Source: Vicugna vicugna
Taxonomy: Eukaryota
Assembly: GCA_013265495.1 (NCBI GenBank)
Contig: MU061579.1
Span: forward strand, 2,601,319-2,665,318
Length of the DNA stretch: 64,000 bases
Reading direction: 5' to 3'
Of this stretch, positions 25,741-38,590 are shown piece by piece. How positions within the stretch are numbered: position 1 is the stretch's first letter; each line of letters starts with the position of its first letter. A model generated the notes under the pieces. That model did not search any database. It was not told where the DNA came from and was given only the letters and a program-made list of their open reading frames with translations. The position numbers were made by a program, and so were the translations under genes.

Positions 25741-27083
25741 TTAGTCTTGCATGACCTAAATGCATAGTGACTTAGAGTGTTCTCTACCAGGAAGGCATCT
25801 TACCAAGGTCTTTTAAAGTATATTTTTCCTTCATTTGAACTTTCCTGTTCAATATCTGTAAATTTCTCTTATTCCAAAAGTAGAAACCACTTGGTAAAAA
25901 CAATTGGAATCATGTGGTTGACATCTCAAGGAAACAGTAAACATGATACTATATTTATGCACATTTGTTTATTGTAGAAGTTCCCAAATTGTTCAAACAT
26001 ATTCAAAATATTTTGTGATCCTCAACACATGTCAATACTATGTCTCTGGTCTTCTACACTATACCAATATGAGGATTTCTGCTTATGGGATAATTATAAT
26101 TTTTATTGAAGATTTATCAATTAACATTTTAATATTGTACAGCAATCTTTTAAACTCAATTAACAGGAGCCTGTCTTTGAAAACGCAGCTATACTTTCAG
26201 TTTGTCTACAAAAAAACAAATTAATAAGCTTGAAAGGCTGAGTATGCAAACTTCTTACTAAAGTCACTAAAGTAACAAATTCCCTTGGGACTAAAACTTG
26301 GTACAAGTAGGTACGTCTTAGCATTACCTTTGTTGAACATGAGCATTTGCTGTTGTTTGGATGTTTATAGTCTGTGTCATTAAAAAGATTTGTCTGGTGA
26401 GCTTACTGTGGCATCAACAACTTGCACAGGTAAGAACAACAGTGGAGGAAAACCAACTGCAATTTCATGCCTTAGACTATCGGAGGTTATCAGTTGCCAA
26501 GTATCACAATTAAATGCATGGGAAGCTTAGCTTTCACAATTCACTGCAACTAGACAGTTAGGAAGAGACCAACATTTACACGTGCCATAAGTATAGCATG
26601 AGCGATGCTTTTATTATGTGGAACATTTATATGATTTTTTTAAAAGTAAGTATTGTTGGTTTAAGATGTTTATAGTTACATGATTTCTTTATAAATGGAA
26701 GCATCTGTGCCTGAGCCATCACCATTCTACATTCAGAGAGTAATCAAAACTAGTTCCACTGCTTTGAAGAAAGGACCTGTGAATCTTTGGAAATTAAAAT
26801 GCCAGCTACAGGAAGAGAACTGCTGTTGGGTCAAATATTTTCCATGTGTATAGGTAGAGAACCAATCTCCTGAGTTTAAAACGGAACCATGATTGTTAGC
26901 TTGAATTTTAATTAGTGAGCAAAGATGCAGACTAGATCACATTTTTTTCTGTTTTAAATACATATTCCACATATGAGATATATTTGAATATATTGACTTT
27001 ACATGGCTTATTTATTTCATATATGATGGGGTGACTTTGCTATGGATGTGGATAAGTATGTGAACAATACAGGTATATCAGTA

Positions 27084-27577
27084 CAGATGGTCCTTGACTT
27101 AATGATTTTTTTTTTTGCTATGATGGTACAAAAGCAATATGCATTCAGTTGAAACCATACTTCGAATTTTAAATTTTTATCTATTCTGGGTCAGCAATAT
27201 GTGGTGGGATCCTCTCTTGGGATGCTGGGCAGCAGTAGGGAGCCACAGTTCCCAGTCAGCCATGCCATGAGGAGGGGAGACAATCAATACACTGACAGCC
27301 ATGCTGTATCCACACAACCATTCTGTTTTTCCCTTTCAATAGAGTACTCAATAAATTTCATGAGATACTAAACAGTTTGTTATAAAATAGGCTTTGTGTT
27401 AGAGGATTTTGCCCAACTGTAGGCTAATGTAACAGTTCTGAGCACATTTAAGGTAGACTAGGTTAAGCAATGATGTTTGGTAAGTTGTATGTATTAAATG
27501 CATTTTTGACTTATGATATTTTAACTTAAGATGGATTTATGGGGGCATGACCCTATCATAAGTTGAGGGAGGATTTG
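27084..27577 (-). mobile_element. Tigger5/MER47-family TcMar DNA transposon (non-autonomous)
   Basis: Degenerate TIRs cagatggtccttgactta...taagttgagggaggatttg, flanked by TA target duplication (27082-83, 27578-79); MER47 internal motif gattttgcccaactgtaggctaatgtaa. Confidence 0.85.
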
Positions 27578-29159
27578 TATTTAGGTTACAAATTAGTTAA
27601 GTGCACAAAATAAATTTATACTACAATTGCAGACATTAAAAGTGGGTTAAAGTATAATTCAAAAAAAGAAAAAAGAAGAAGAATTAGCCACTAGGGTCTT
27701 CTGAACTTACATGATAATTATGTACACAGGTAACCAACCATGTAGTGAATCAGGAAAGACCATATTTCAATCTATTGCCTTTGGGGAGAAGAGAACACTA
27801 TAATTAATAAAACTGCCGATCAAAATTGGAGAGTAAATAGAAGAAGGAGGAGAGGAAAAGCCTAAACATGAAATAAGTTTAATATATGAAAGAAGTGAAA
27901 TAGTCTCTCTTCTTTAGAGAAAGAAATGTTCTTACAAAATAACAAAAATATATAAGACAGAATTAAGAACTGCTGATTAATTTGATAACCTGACCTTTGA
28001 GCCTAAGGACAATTAAAAAGTGTTTTTAGACTAAAATTTAAAAAATACTGGAGAAGTTCATGTTTTAGCTATATTTTATTCTTAAAATTAAAAAATAAAT
28101 GAGAAATTATTAATTTTGCATTTAGAAAAAATATACCTATATCAATGAATAAATATACATAAATATACATATGCATAAACGAGTGATAAATTGAGATTCC
28201 CATACATGACCCAAACTCTTATTTTATGTTGGCTAATTTGATAGTAACTTTGCTGAAAGCTGATTTAAAGCTTGTCTGAAATTTACAAATGTATATGTAT
28301 GCATTTATTTAGTTAAATTTCAAGATTAGTAGATTGAAATAGTCTATATTCGTTAATTTTTTTTCTAGGTAAATAAAAGTAAAGTAACAGTGACCAAAAA
28401 AGTTTGTTCCTCAACTATAATCTGAAAATGTTTTAAAGTATTTAGACTCTGTCATAGGATGATTATGAGATAAAATTCCTGATGTAGTTGACACATAAAA
28501 TGATTTTAAAGAGGTACTTAAAATAAATATGTGGGTCATTTTGAGTTTTTGATGGCTCCACATATATAAAGCCAATTTTAATCAACATGGATAAATATAA
28601 AATTCATGCAAATAGCATAAGAATCTGCATCTTTAAGCTCTTTTGACGAAGCAGACTAAAATGGAAAGGTCATCCCTAAAGGTTTTCTGTAAGGTTAATA
28701 AAGCAGACTTTAGCTTTTTACAACCTTCATCCAACCTCTTTTCTATTTCTTGGAAAGCAGATTTCCATGAACCTGAAACAGCCTCTGATTTTAGCAGCTC
28801 TGGCTTTGCCTATGCCTTTGAAAAGGAATTTAAAAGTTTATAAACTATGATATCCTTTAAAGAAATTCTGTGCACTTAAATACATTTGTAAAATATCCGA
28901 AAATATCTAAAATGATACACAATGAACTTTATAGTGGAAAGTCGGAGGTGAGTTAGAATTGCAAGGGAATGATCAAGAGGAATTACATTCATGTAATGTT
29001 TTATTTTAAAGGATGAATTAGTCATATAATCTTTGTAGAATTATTTTATAATGTATGCTTAAATAAATCAATATGTATGGATATGTGTGTAGACAGAGAA
29101 AGTCTCAATGACATTATTCCAGGATTAGGACTTGGAAGAGCCACCTGGGATGTCTCTAT

Positions 29160-29625
29160 ACAGGGAAAATGTCACGTAAAGACACAGCGAGCAGGTGGCC
29201 ACCTGCAAGCCAAAGAGAGAAGCTTCAGGAGAAACCAAACCTGCCAATATTGTGATCTTGGACTTCTATCTTCCAGAACCATGAGAAAATAAATTTGCAT
29301 TTTTTTTTGGCTTTAAACTTTTCTGGTCATAATGTATTTAAGGCATTTTTCTTTCTATTACCAAGCAGAAGTATTATTTATATTGAATCAGAACACACAC
29401 TTATAAACAATGAAAATCATCAAAATTACATATATCTTGTGGCACAGTTTTTTTAAAGAATGCTGTCAAAACCACATCTTCAGATTTTTTTTCAGATGTT
29501 ATAGTTTGGTTTATAAAGGTCCGTATTTTCATTTGTTGTAAATAATTTTTTTAAACTTGCATGGTTTAAGCAATCTAGTCTGAAGTATTTTGTTATGGCA
29601 GTCTGGCAGAGTTATATATGGCAGT
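29160..29625 (+). mobile_element. MLT1A/B-type MaLR LTR 3' half, split by a 251-bp insert
   Basis: ggccacctgcaagccaaagagagaagcttcaggagaaaccaaacctgcc...gagaaaataaattt, resuming at 29563 with ggtttaagcaatctagtctgaagtattttgttatggcag. Confidence 0.8.
29301..29551 (-). pseudogene. Putative retroposed poly(A)+ RNA fragment (3'-UTR-like retrocopy)
   Basis: T-run at 29300-29308; TSD taaatttgcat (29290-29300) / taaacttgcat (29552-29562); not a recognisable TE. Confidence 0.5.
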
Positions 29626-29779
29626 CTATACCAATTTCTATTTCCATGTTCAAATGTAAGGGGTCTGGAGTGGTCACAGAAACCCTTGCAGGAGTTCTGT
29701 GGTGGGAGAATCATAGTGATACTAAAACATTATTCATTTTTTCTCTCCCGTCTATTGATCTTTGTCAAAATGGTAAAAA

Positions 29780-31050
29780 AGCAAGAATGTGTAAAGGTGC
29801 CTTAGCACTAATCAAGATCGTGGTAACAATTACATTAGTAGTCATTCAACTCCACATTCTCACAGGGAAAATAAAGAAAAAGAAAAAGAACACATTATGA
29901 AGCCATAACAACAAATACTTTCATTAAATCTTGATGTTTGAGTAAATATCTTTGCAATTTGATGTGACAAAGTAGCAAATATGCATCAAGCTCTTCTGTT
30001 GCATAACCAAAGTGTGATGATTGTTTCCAGAAAAAACACTGGCAATTATTTGAATTGCAAGCTGAAGGAGGTTGCTTTTTTTCCATGAAATTCCATTTGT
30101 ACTTGAATGAACGATTTATTGACAAATTATGTTTACTTACAACTGGATATTTGACAAGAATTCTTTTCAAAATTAAATGATGTGAGCCTGTCACTTCATG
30201 GAAAACAAATGACAGTGGTTTTTGCCAATGTTAAAATTTGAATGCTCAAAGTGAAAATTAGCATTCTGGAAAACTTGAATGCATTCCCATGAGCTCCTCA
30301 ATACTTAAGAACACTTCTGCTGAGACTGGAAATATTTATAAAATGTGATTTTTTGATATCATAAAATAAAATGTATAAACATTTGTAGTGTTTTAATAGG
30401 TCAAAGAACCAATGCCTTTCACATATCCAGTGCATGATGTTATAAAATCATTCAAGGGCAAAGCATACTTTCACAGTGTATGATGGGTCCATGGCATTTT
30501 AATGAATCAGAGCATGAAAAATCAACTTAGTTTCAGATTCTACTTTGCAACTGACTTTAAAGTAGCTATCATTTCACAAGTTTTGGTGTAGTATTAAAGA
30601 AGAATATCAATAATTTTCTAAAAGTCAGTCAAACACCTCTTTCCTTTTCAACTACTTACTTGTATGAGCCTGAATTTTCTGCACAGACTTCAAACAAAAC
30701 AACATATTGCAACTGGTCAAGTGCAGATGCAAATATGAAAACTCAGCTGCTTTCGATTAAGTCAGATCTCAAAGAGATTTGCAGAATTGTAAAACAATGT
30801 TATTCTTTTTTGCTAATTTATTATTTACTTTAAAAATATGGTTATTTTTCATAAAATATATTATTTATGTTTTATGTAATAGGTTTATTATTGTTATTTT
30901 AGCATAATACATAAAATTTTTCAGTGGTAAGTTCTAATACAGCAAGTCAATATTGATAGATATAATCTACATAAACTAAAGTCTTTTTTCAGTTTTTAGT
31001 AACTTTTATGAGTGTAAAGGAGTTTTGAGACCAAAAAGTTTGATATCTAT
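29780..31050 (+). mobile_element. Charlie1-family hAT DNA transposon, 3' part with decayed transposase
   Basis: gtgacaaagtagcaaatatgcatcaagctcttctgttgcataaccaaagtgtgatgattg corresponds to the HKALLLHTEVRWL motif; gtgagcctgtcacttcatggaaaacaaatgacag; terminus tgagaccaaaaagtttga. Confidence 0.85.
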
Positions 31051-31189
31051 GGAAGGTAATGTTTCCATGGGGAGATATTTTATGAAACCCTGATAACCTT
31101 TTATAGTTGGATATCTCAATACTTCTACTAGCTCTAAGTGTATTCCTTTTGGAATTCATTCCTATTGTAGACAGTTATATTCCCTAATT

Positions 31190-31330
31190 CATTTCTTCAT
31201 TCAGTCAACAATTACTGGCACTGTTCTAGATGAAGATATAGCAGAGGAAAAAAAAACAAGCAAGAAATTACCTTTCATTTGGACTATGTACTAGTAGAAA
31301 AGACAGAAGTTTATAAATAAACAGATACAC
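31190..31330 (-). mobile_element. L2 fragment
   Basis: attcatttcttcattcagtcaaca...ggcactgttctagatg. Confidence 0.55.
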
Positions 31331-32039
31331 AAAATATAATGCTTCTATATTATAAATATACTTCTAAGTCAGTCATAAAGACCTAGAATTTAAAAGTAAT
31401 TATTTCACACACCATATGAATTTTAAGCCACAAAGAAAGAGAGATTTCATGAACTCTTTGTGATGGGTTAGTTTCTAATTTGAATCAATCATTTTGGCCC
31501 ATCTTTACATGAATATTTGGATGCAAATCAGAACATTCTTTGGCCACAATGGTGCAAAAAGAAAGTCATTTAGACTCTGTAAAATCTACTCCATATGGCC
31601 CACTTGGCTATTGAGTTAGCAGATTTTATTTCATAAGCATTCTAGACTTGGCCATGTTATCACATATCCTGCCTCTTCTAGGTTAAGGTATTGCATAATC
31701 TATTTGGACCACAGTCTAACTGTGATACCTTTCAGGATGATGGAAGGAAGTAAACTTTAAGTTTATGAACTAAATAAGACCAGCTTTCCTCCATTTTATT
31801 TTCTCCTTTGTGCTTTCCCCACTGATCTCCTGAGCTGCAGTTATCTCTTTTGTTTTGGCACCACTAGTCTATCTCTAATTTCCATATCAAAGATTCAAAT
31901 CTGACATCACAACATCCAGTCTTTGTGAAGTTGGGAATATTTTTATATCCTCCCACAAAAATGCCAGTGTATAGAATTGTCAAGTCAATTACTTCTGCAA
32001 ATTTGAATACAGAATCAGTATATCTTAAAATCCATTTAT

Positions 32040-32560
32040 AGGGGATCAGTTTTCACCAATCACAACATTTGGTTGAATCAGAAAAAATAAAATACTTCTG
32101 GGTATGTTAAAGAGAAGGGCTTATAAAGGGATTTTGAAGCTTTAAAGGAATGGCAAACAAACACATACACATTGAAAAGCTTGGAGGCACAAAGATCAGG
32201 GCTACTGCTTCTAATATTTAGGAAATCAAGAAATGCAAGAAATATCAAAAACCACTATGGTTAATCTTGGTTGTCTGCAGCACCAAGTGAGCAATTATTC
32301 AGATAAGACAGGAGCTGCAGGACAACGTGTGTCTAAGATCTGCTGAAGATCATGAGAAGCTTATAGGCTGTAATAAGAACAATATTAACCTTTGCTACTC
32401 TTTTGCCTTATAAATCACATGTAAGTTCTTTTCATTACTGGAATTTAATTCATAATCCTGAGTGTAAGTGATTCTGGGAAATGTAGTTCACTGGCTTCCA
32501 CACTGGGTGGAGAGCATGGAAGAATTTGAAAATAAGGTTGGTTATTGGAAAATCAAAAGT
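32040..32560 (-). mobile_element. Highly diverged MaLR/ERVL-type LTR
   Basis: gattctgggaaatgtagttc hallmark of old MLT1 subfamilies; ends uncertain. Confidence 0.35.
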
Positions 32561-32748
32561 AATGTCCATCATATCAAGACAGTAAATATGCCAAGGTAAA
32601 TGTGCCACAGTGAAAATCTGAAAAAAAAAATTTCCTTATGAGGCATCTGGCAATCAAATGACTAGACACATTATTAAAATCTTTGTGTGGTAATTTAATA
32701 AGTCAAAAGTCTTAGAGAAAATATAAGATTTTAGTAAGGGAGACAGAC

Positions 32749-33260
32749 TGTTAAGTCACAGAAGGGTAACACCTGATGACAGATTGAAATCATAATGGAG
32801 TAATCATAGTTTAGGCATATAAAGTGGGGTTGGATAGCCATTGAGGATTTGGTCTTAGACATATCTCCGCAGTCCTGAGAACTTGAACTTTCTGTGAACT
32901 GTACCAAACTCAAGGACACCACCAGCCATTTAACAAACAACATCTGCTAGCTGCAGACTTGTGGACTTAAGGTTGTTCCCCTTTGTAACTATGCAATCAT
33001 TTTGGACCCCAACTAATCCTGGCTTAAGAAGAACCCTCACTTCTTGCCAGCTCCAATTATAGTTCTTGATAAAAACTCATGTGATGAACTGTGGCCTTGA
33101 GGTTTTTGCCTTTATAAACTTCCTTCCTCCATTTTGTAGTTGAGTGGAACACAATTCAAGTGGTACTTGAATCTGTGTCTCCAGGGCTGCGATCCTCATA
33201 AACCCCAGTAAACACTTGTTTATTTCAATCAGGTCTCTGTTTCTGAAATTGTGATTAACT
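32749..33260 (+). mobile_element. 5' LTR of a degenerate ERV1 provirus
   Basis: TGTTAA...TTAAC(T) termini; TATA tttataaa at ~33111; degenerate poly(A) signal agtaaa at ~33207; PBS follows. Confidence 0.8.
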
Positions 33261-33264
33261 TAGC

Positions 33265-33282
33265 TGGTGTCGTAGGCAGGAT
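33265..33282 (+). other. Retroviral primer-binding site, tRNA-Ser type
   Basis: TGGTGTCGTAGGCAGGAT matches 15/18 of TGGCGTAGTCGGCAGGAT (complement of the tRNA-Ser 3' end), 4 nt after the LTR. Confidence 0.75.
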
Positions 33283-33559
33283 CCAGGTCAGTGCCTCTCA
33301 ACAGTTTGGAGCGCCTTTAGACTCGGTGTGTGATGCCGACCTGGACCCACTGCAGGAAGCTGTGTCTTCGGTCGCTTGGAGGCTGTGAAGTTAGGGCTTT
33401 TGTTCCAAACCTCCCATTTGGTGGAGGTTTGGGTTTTTATTAGATTGTTTCTCAATGTCAACACTAGTCTCCCTCTCTTTTGGGAGTGGGAGGATCCATC
33501 TAGAGATCTGTGTTTCAAGGTTTTTAAAAATTTTGGTAAGTACTCAAAATAATGTGAAG

Positions 33560-33830
33560 TTCTTACCGCAAAAATGTGAAGAAAATGAATCCCCACCCCT
33601 CTGCCCGAGGAATACCACCAGCTTTATGTTTAACACCTGTGGACTCTCAGCCTGTAACTACCTATCTAAATGGACCCATTTAACCTGGGATAATTTTAAA
33701 TTTCACTGGCCAAAATGAGAAGCTTTCCAAATGCCCGAATTAGTCTATCTTCGTGCATGACTAAAAAAAGTATCAGAATCAGACAAAATAAGTAGGAAGC
33801 ATATTTTAATTGGCATGAAGAGGTCTCTAA
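33560..33830 (+). pseudogene. gag: ERV1 gag matrix-domain remnant
   Basis: FMFNTCGLSACNYLSKWTHLTWDNFKFHWPK*EAFQMPELVYLRA*...EAYFNWHEE, a gamma-like matrix pattern with stops. Confidence 0.7.
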
Positions 33831-35902
33831 AGGTAACACTGAGAAAATTGCTTCCTTCTAAGCTATAAATGAAAAGTTGACTCAGACTGTCAACTTGAAA
33901 AATCAGCTGAGTTTTCTTACCCTTCTGTCACGCCCTTCCCAAATTCTTCAACTTCTCCTCCATCCCTTTACTTGCCTTTTCCTGAGCTTCATTTTTATCT
34001 GACTGACTCCTTTCCTCTACGTCCTCCTCCCACACTAATTCACATCCTTGAGCCCAGAGCACTCACTGATACTCTGTTGTGGTAGCCCCCTTTTAAAACT
34101 AAGCCCACTGGATGAGGAGAAAAACTGCCCCACTTCCTCAGCAATCCCTCACTCCTTCTTCCAAATAATCAGAAAATAAATCAGCTAGATGCTAATATTT
34201 AAGGGCTAATAGATACAATAGTCCTTGTCTTGTAAATCCCTACAAAATCAGAAGTACAACTTTAGAAACAAGTCAAGGTCCCCTATCTTTACCAGTCCCA
34301 AGGTCTTTCTTAGTCCTTTCAAAATGATTATAGGCATTATGAAAGACCAGGATCATAGAGCAAAATTGTCCTGTACTTAAGAAAAAAAATTAATAATGAT
34401 TACCCTAAGACTTATGATAATGGACAAATATACTTCAAAACTCCTAGCAGAAAAATTACATTTTCTTTCTCTGTCCCTTACAGTTATAAATCTTATCATG
34501 TCCTTGAAGGGTAAACACAGCTCACATCACCCTGAGACTCAGCCCAGAGTACCTCAGTCAGTGAAGCCTGAATCATATTTAAAAAATAATAATAAGGCAA
34601 GAGGGCTTTTAGAAGCACATTCTGCTAAAAGGACTCTCTCTTGCACAAACAGGCTGCTTAAAGTTGCTTGTCAAGGGCAAATACAGATCCTAAAAATCTT
34701 CTCCACAAATAATAAAACAGTTTTAGCCACCTGAGTAATCTAACTTATTCAAATGTTATTTATAAACTAGTGAGCTTTGTATTGTACCTGATTCATGACT
34801 AAAGTTTTAAAATGAAAACTCTAAGACTTCTGACTGTGTCTGTTTTTATGTCTATGTGTCTATGTTATAGATACAGTGCTTTTCTACCTCCAGTGGTATG
34901 GCCAAAATTCATTTATGAAAGAGCTCTAATTGGCTTAAACAAATAAGCATTTAAATAAAAATTGTCAAAAATATACTAGAAACTAACTCAAATGTTTTTG
35001 AAATTCACTTGATCTAGGACAATTTTTAGTAAATAAAAACTAATTTTAATCTTGCTGATTTAAGTGATACAGGTATGCCTTCAGGATTTACATTAAATAT
35101 AATGGAGATAAACAATTTTTGTTCTACCTGGGTTTACTAGTCAAATGGACTAATGTATCTGTTGCAGAGTTTGTCAGCAAAGAAAAAAATGAAGATAATG
35201 ACTAACTGCTTTAATGGTTCATGAAATTTCCATGAATGATTCAAGTATAATTGTTAAGAATAAATAAATTAAATAGATGTAGATGACAAGAGTTTTCAGG
35301 TGAACACTTTAACAATTGTTTCATGATATGTCTACTTAAATCGTTTCTTAAACTTCTTTGGTCATTTACACCATGAGAGTTTTGCTAAGTTAAATGATAG
35401 TAATTCATTGTATATCTAGATCATTTCCAAATAAGATAAAATACTAAAATATTAATTGCTAAACAAATTTACCTATTTTGATCTCTTATTATAGAAAGAT
35501 TAAGTATACTTGGGTCTATTCATAAATATATTTTCTGGTTCACTGAAAATTATACCATGAAATAGGATATGTTTCTAGAAATTATAAAATGATTTTATAA
35601 ATTTACCAAGCCACAAAATGTTAACACAGTTCACATTTGTTTGCTTCTTTATTTTCACTAAAAGATTAAAGTTTCAAAGGATTAAGAATTCTAATAAATA
35701 TGTGGGGTTAAAGCTACCAGATATAATAATGGAAATAGAATGTGTTTTGTAGTAAGAAAAGGTACAAGGTGTGGAGACATTTTTTAAGAAAAATAAAGTG
35801 ATTTTGTTCTAAAGCTGGTTATTTCTAAATGAGAAAGAAAACAAATGACAAACTAAAATGTATATGTAAAGTTGTAAAATGTTTATAAAAACAGGGATCT
35901 TT

Positions 35903-36058
35903 TTAAATATATTTTTTACAAATTTTTTTACAATTTTTTTATTGAGTAATAGTCTGTTTGCAATGTTGTGTCAATTTCTGGTGTACAGCACAATTTTTCA
36001 GTCATACATGAATATATATGTATTCATTTTCCATTTTCATATTCTTTTTCACCATGAG
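35903..36058 (-). mobile_element. Short young L1 3'-end fragment inserted in the ERV internal region
   Basis: T-rich tail, ttattga...caatgttgtgtcaatttctggtgtacagcacaatttttcagtc; imperfect TSD aaaaacagggatcttt (35887-35902) / aaaaaggggatcttt (36059-36073). Confidence 0.8.
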
Positions 36059-37136
36059 AAAAAGGGGATCTTTAGAAAAAAATTTTATGTATGGTCAGAA
36101 CTGGAAAATATTGGAATAAATTTAATCAATTTTAAAATATTTAAATAAATTTAATTAAATTTAAGTAAGTGAGTTTTAATATTAAAAATAGACTGGTGCA
36201 AAATTAAAATTTGTTTTTCTGTCTGTTAAAAGAAAAATTCTTTTTCAATTGGTCTGCTCTTGATAATAAGAGATTATGAAAGGTTCTTCTTTCCATTTAT
36301 TCTGCCTAAAAACAAAACAAAGGTCTTATGTCTTGTCAAAGTAATTACTCACAGTCTATTTTTTTTTATTGTTTTTAACAGGTCTTTGATTACTTAAGTA
36401 AGTCTCATCCTCTCAATATTAAAAGAGCTAAGTTTTGCTCAAAACTTTATACCCTTCTATATTTGCCTATGAAGCTTTTGTTATTTTGGTTAAATGGATA
36501 ACTAAGCATTGTATCACAGTGAAACCGCTCTGATATTTTTGACAAACTTCCCCCAAATTAAATTCTAAATGAAGTCTTTTTAATCTTGGAACTAATTTTG
36601 AAATGATTTCTCTCCTTATAAAAAAAGAAATATTAAACTAATTAGTCATATTTGATATGCTAAGTTACATAGGAAGCATTACCAAATAAGAAGGAATGTT
36701 CAGCCTTCTTTATGTTGCATCTATATGGATATGTGTTATAAGTGTTCTAGAAATTGTGTGAAACTCCTGAAGTCTTAGAACTCCTGACATAAAGTGTTAT
36801 CTGTCATCAAAATTGAAGCTCAGACTAAAAGTACTGAACCCATGTATCAGGGAAGTGCCCTACTGACATTCATGCAAAGGCAGAAACAACACAAGAATCT
36901 ATAATATAGCACATGTGGATGAAGTTCATTCTGCTTCAGCAGAAAAAAAATATTGACCCTTCTTTGCCAGACGTTTGCTGTTCTGATATCCTTATTACAC
37001 ATAACAATTTGTTCCTAAATCAGGTAAATTAGGATGTGTGAACAATAGCTGTAAATTAAATAGTCAAGGCTATGGGAAACCCAAGATGGCTGCTTGGTTC
37101 TTCCCAGCTCCCTGACATAACCCATTTTCTATTTGA

Positions 37137-37359
37137 TGGGTAGAAACTTTCCCTCGCTGCAAGGCTGATGCCCTCACAATGGCAAAGAAACTTAGAAAAT
37201 GTGTTTTCCACTTGGGGTATACCTTCAACAGTCTCCAGTGATCAAAGCACCCACTTCACTGGGCAAATCATACAAACCTTAACAAAGACCTTGCAGGCTT
37301 CTTGAAATTATCACTGTCACTATCACCCCCAATCAGGCAAGGACAATAGAACAAATGGA
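37137..37359 (+). pseudogene. pol: ERV1 integrase core remnant
   Basis: WVETFPRCKADALTMAKKL / ENVFSTWGIPSTVSSDQSTHFTGQIIQTLTKTLQAS*NYHCHYHPQSGKDNRTNG, an rve domain with a frameshift and a stop. Confidence 0.85.
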
Positions 37360-37453
37360 AAACCTGGACTCAAGCAGACAAGAATTACACGGGATTGAAT
37401 GAACTGATGCATATGATTATAATTTTTATGACTTTTGTTTAAAATATTATTAG

Positions 37454-37510
37454 TATTTAATATAATATTACTATTATTTAATATAATATTACTGTTATTT
37501 AATATAACAT
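37454..37510. repeat. AT-rich 21-bp minisatellite, about 2.7 copies
   Basis: Unit tatttaatataatattactat starting at 37454, 37475 and 37496. Confidence 0.85.
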
Positions 37511-38089
37511 TAAAAACCTTTTTTTCCCCAAATAAAAGGAATTTTTTTTCTAAGAATTAGAGAAATTTGGTAAATTATATTTTTATAAGCACAACTGAAA
37601 TATTTTCTTTTTCTCCTTAACTGATTACTTCAGAATTCAGAAATTCTCAAACTAAAACTACCCTTTCCTTGAAGTGCTACAAACTGAAGTTAGACACGTT
37701 GATATAAACTTCAGAGAAATTGCTGCAACAGCTCGTATATAAACAACCCTCATACCTGTTGCTGTATGAGCCACTCAAAAAGTCTACCCTATACCCGATG
37801 GCATCATCAGAGACATTTCAAACTACAAAAGATGCTTCAACCCTGACACCTAGAAAGCTTCTTGATTGAGTGCCTCTGGGCTAAGAAACTATATTTACTC
37901 TAATCATTAACCTTCTCTTTTCTTTTGTTCCCATAGAAGTGCCTCTAATTAAATACCTGATTACTTGCACCATTGACCTAGCTTTGAGAGCCCACATGCA
38001 TCACCACTTCCTGAAATGAGATACAACAGTTTAACTGAACTGACCTGTTCTCAGAACTAAGAAAATATAAATTACTGAAAAAGATAGCA

Positions 38090-38590
38090 ACTGATGCATT
38101 AGTTTGCTTAAGAAATAATTATTGTGCTGGCACTGCTCTAGGCTCTGAGAACGTAACAACCATAAGGACAACATTCTCCCTGCTGTCCAGAAACTTACCA
38201 CTTTGGAGGAGATGGGTAACAAAACAAGTAACAAATGAACAGACCGATCAGTTTTACTTATGAGGAAATAATCAGTTAACTGATAGAGTGACAGCAAATG
38301 TGAGTTAGACAGAGTGATCAAGAACAGGATCTCTTGAGTACGTGACATTTGAGCTGAGACTGGGAGTTGAGAAGAAACAGTTCATCTGATGGGAAGGGGG
38401 CAAAGATGGCTTCAGGCAGAGAGAATAATAAACCTCAGGCCCTGAGAGGTGAGAGAAGTCTTCATATGGCCAAGAAACAGAATGGAAGTCAGAGTGGCTG
38501 GAATATACTGAGCAAGGTGGAGAACAGAATGAAATTCCGCTGGAGAGGTACACCAGGATCAGATCACGAAAGGTCTTGGCATATGCAGTG
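38090..38590 (-). mobile_element. L2 LINE fragment
   Basis: tgtgctggcactgctctaggctctgag...gtgacatttgagctgagac...ggccctgagaggtgagagaag...gtggctggaat. Confidence 0.75.

Larger units (their letters stand above)
33261..38070 (+). mobile_element. ERV1 (MER4-group-like) internal region, heavily deleted, no 3' LTR visible
   Basis: PBS, leader, gag matrix remnant, long AT-rich non-coding tract typical of MER4-group internals, integrase remnant; ends abruptly at an L2. Confidence 0.8.

Noticed and set aside
25804..26371. Two more minus-strand exon candidates (52 and 44 nt) that can be chained in frame
   Set aside because: Weak acceptors; phase compatibility is easy to obtain by chance, so including them would be overfitting.
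26371..26435. Plus-strand exon-like segment ending CAG|gtaaga
   Set aside because: No partner exons or recognisable peptide; a single good donor is not enough.
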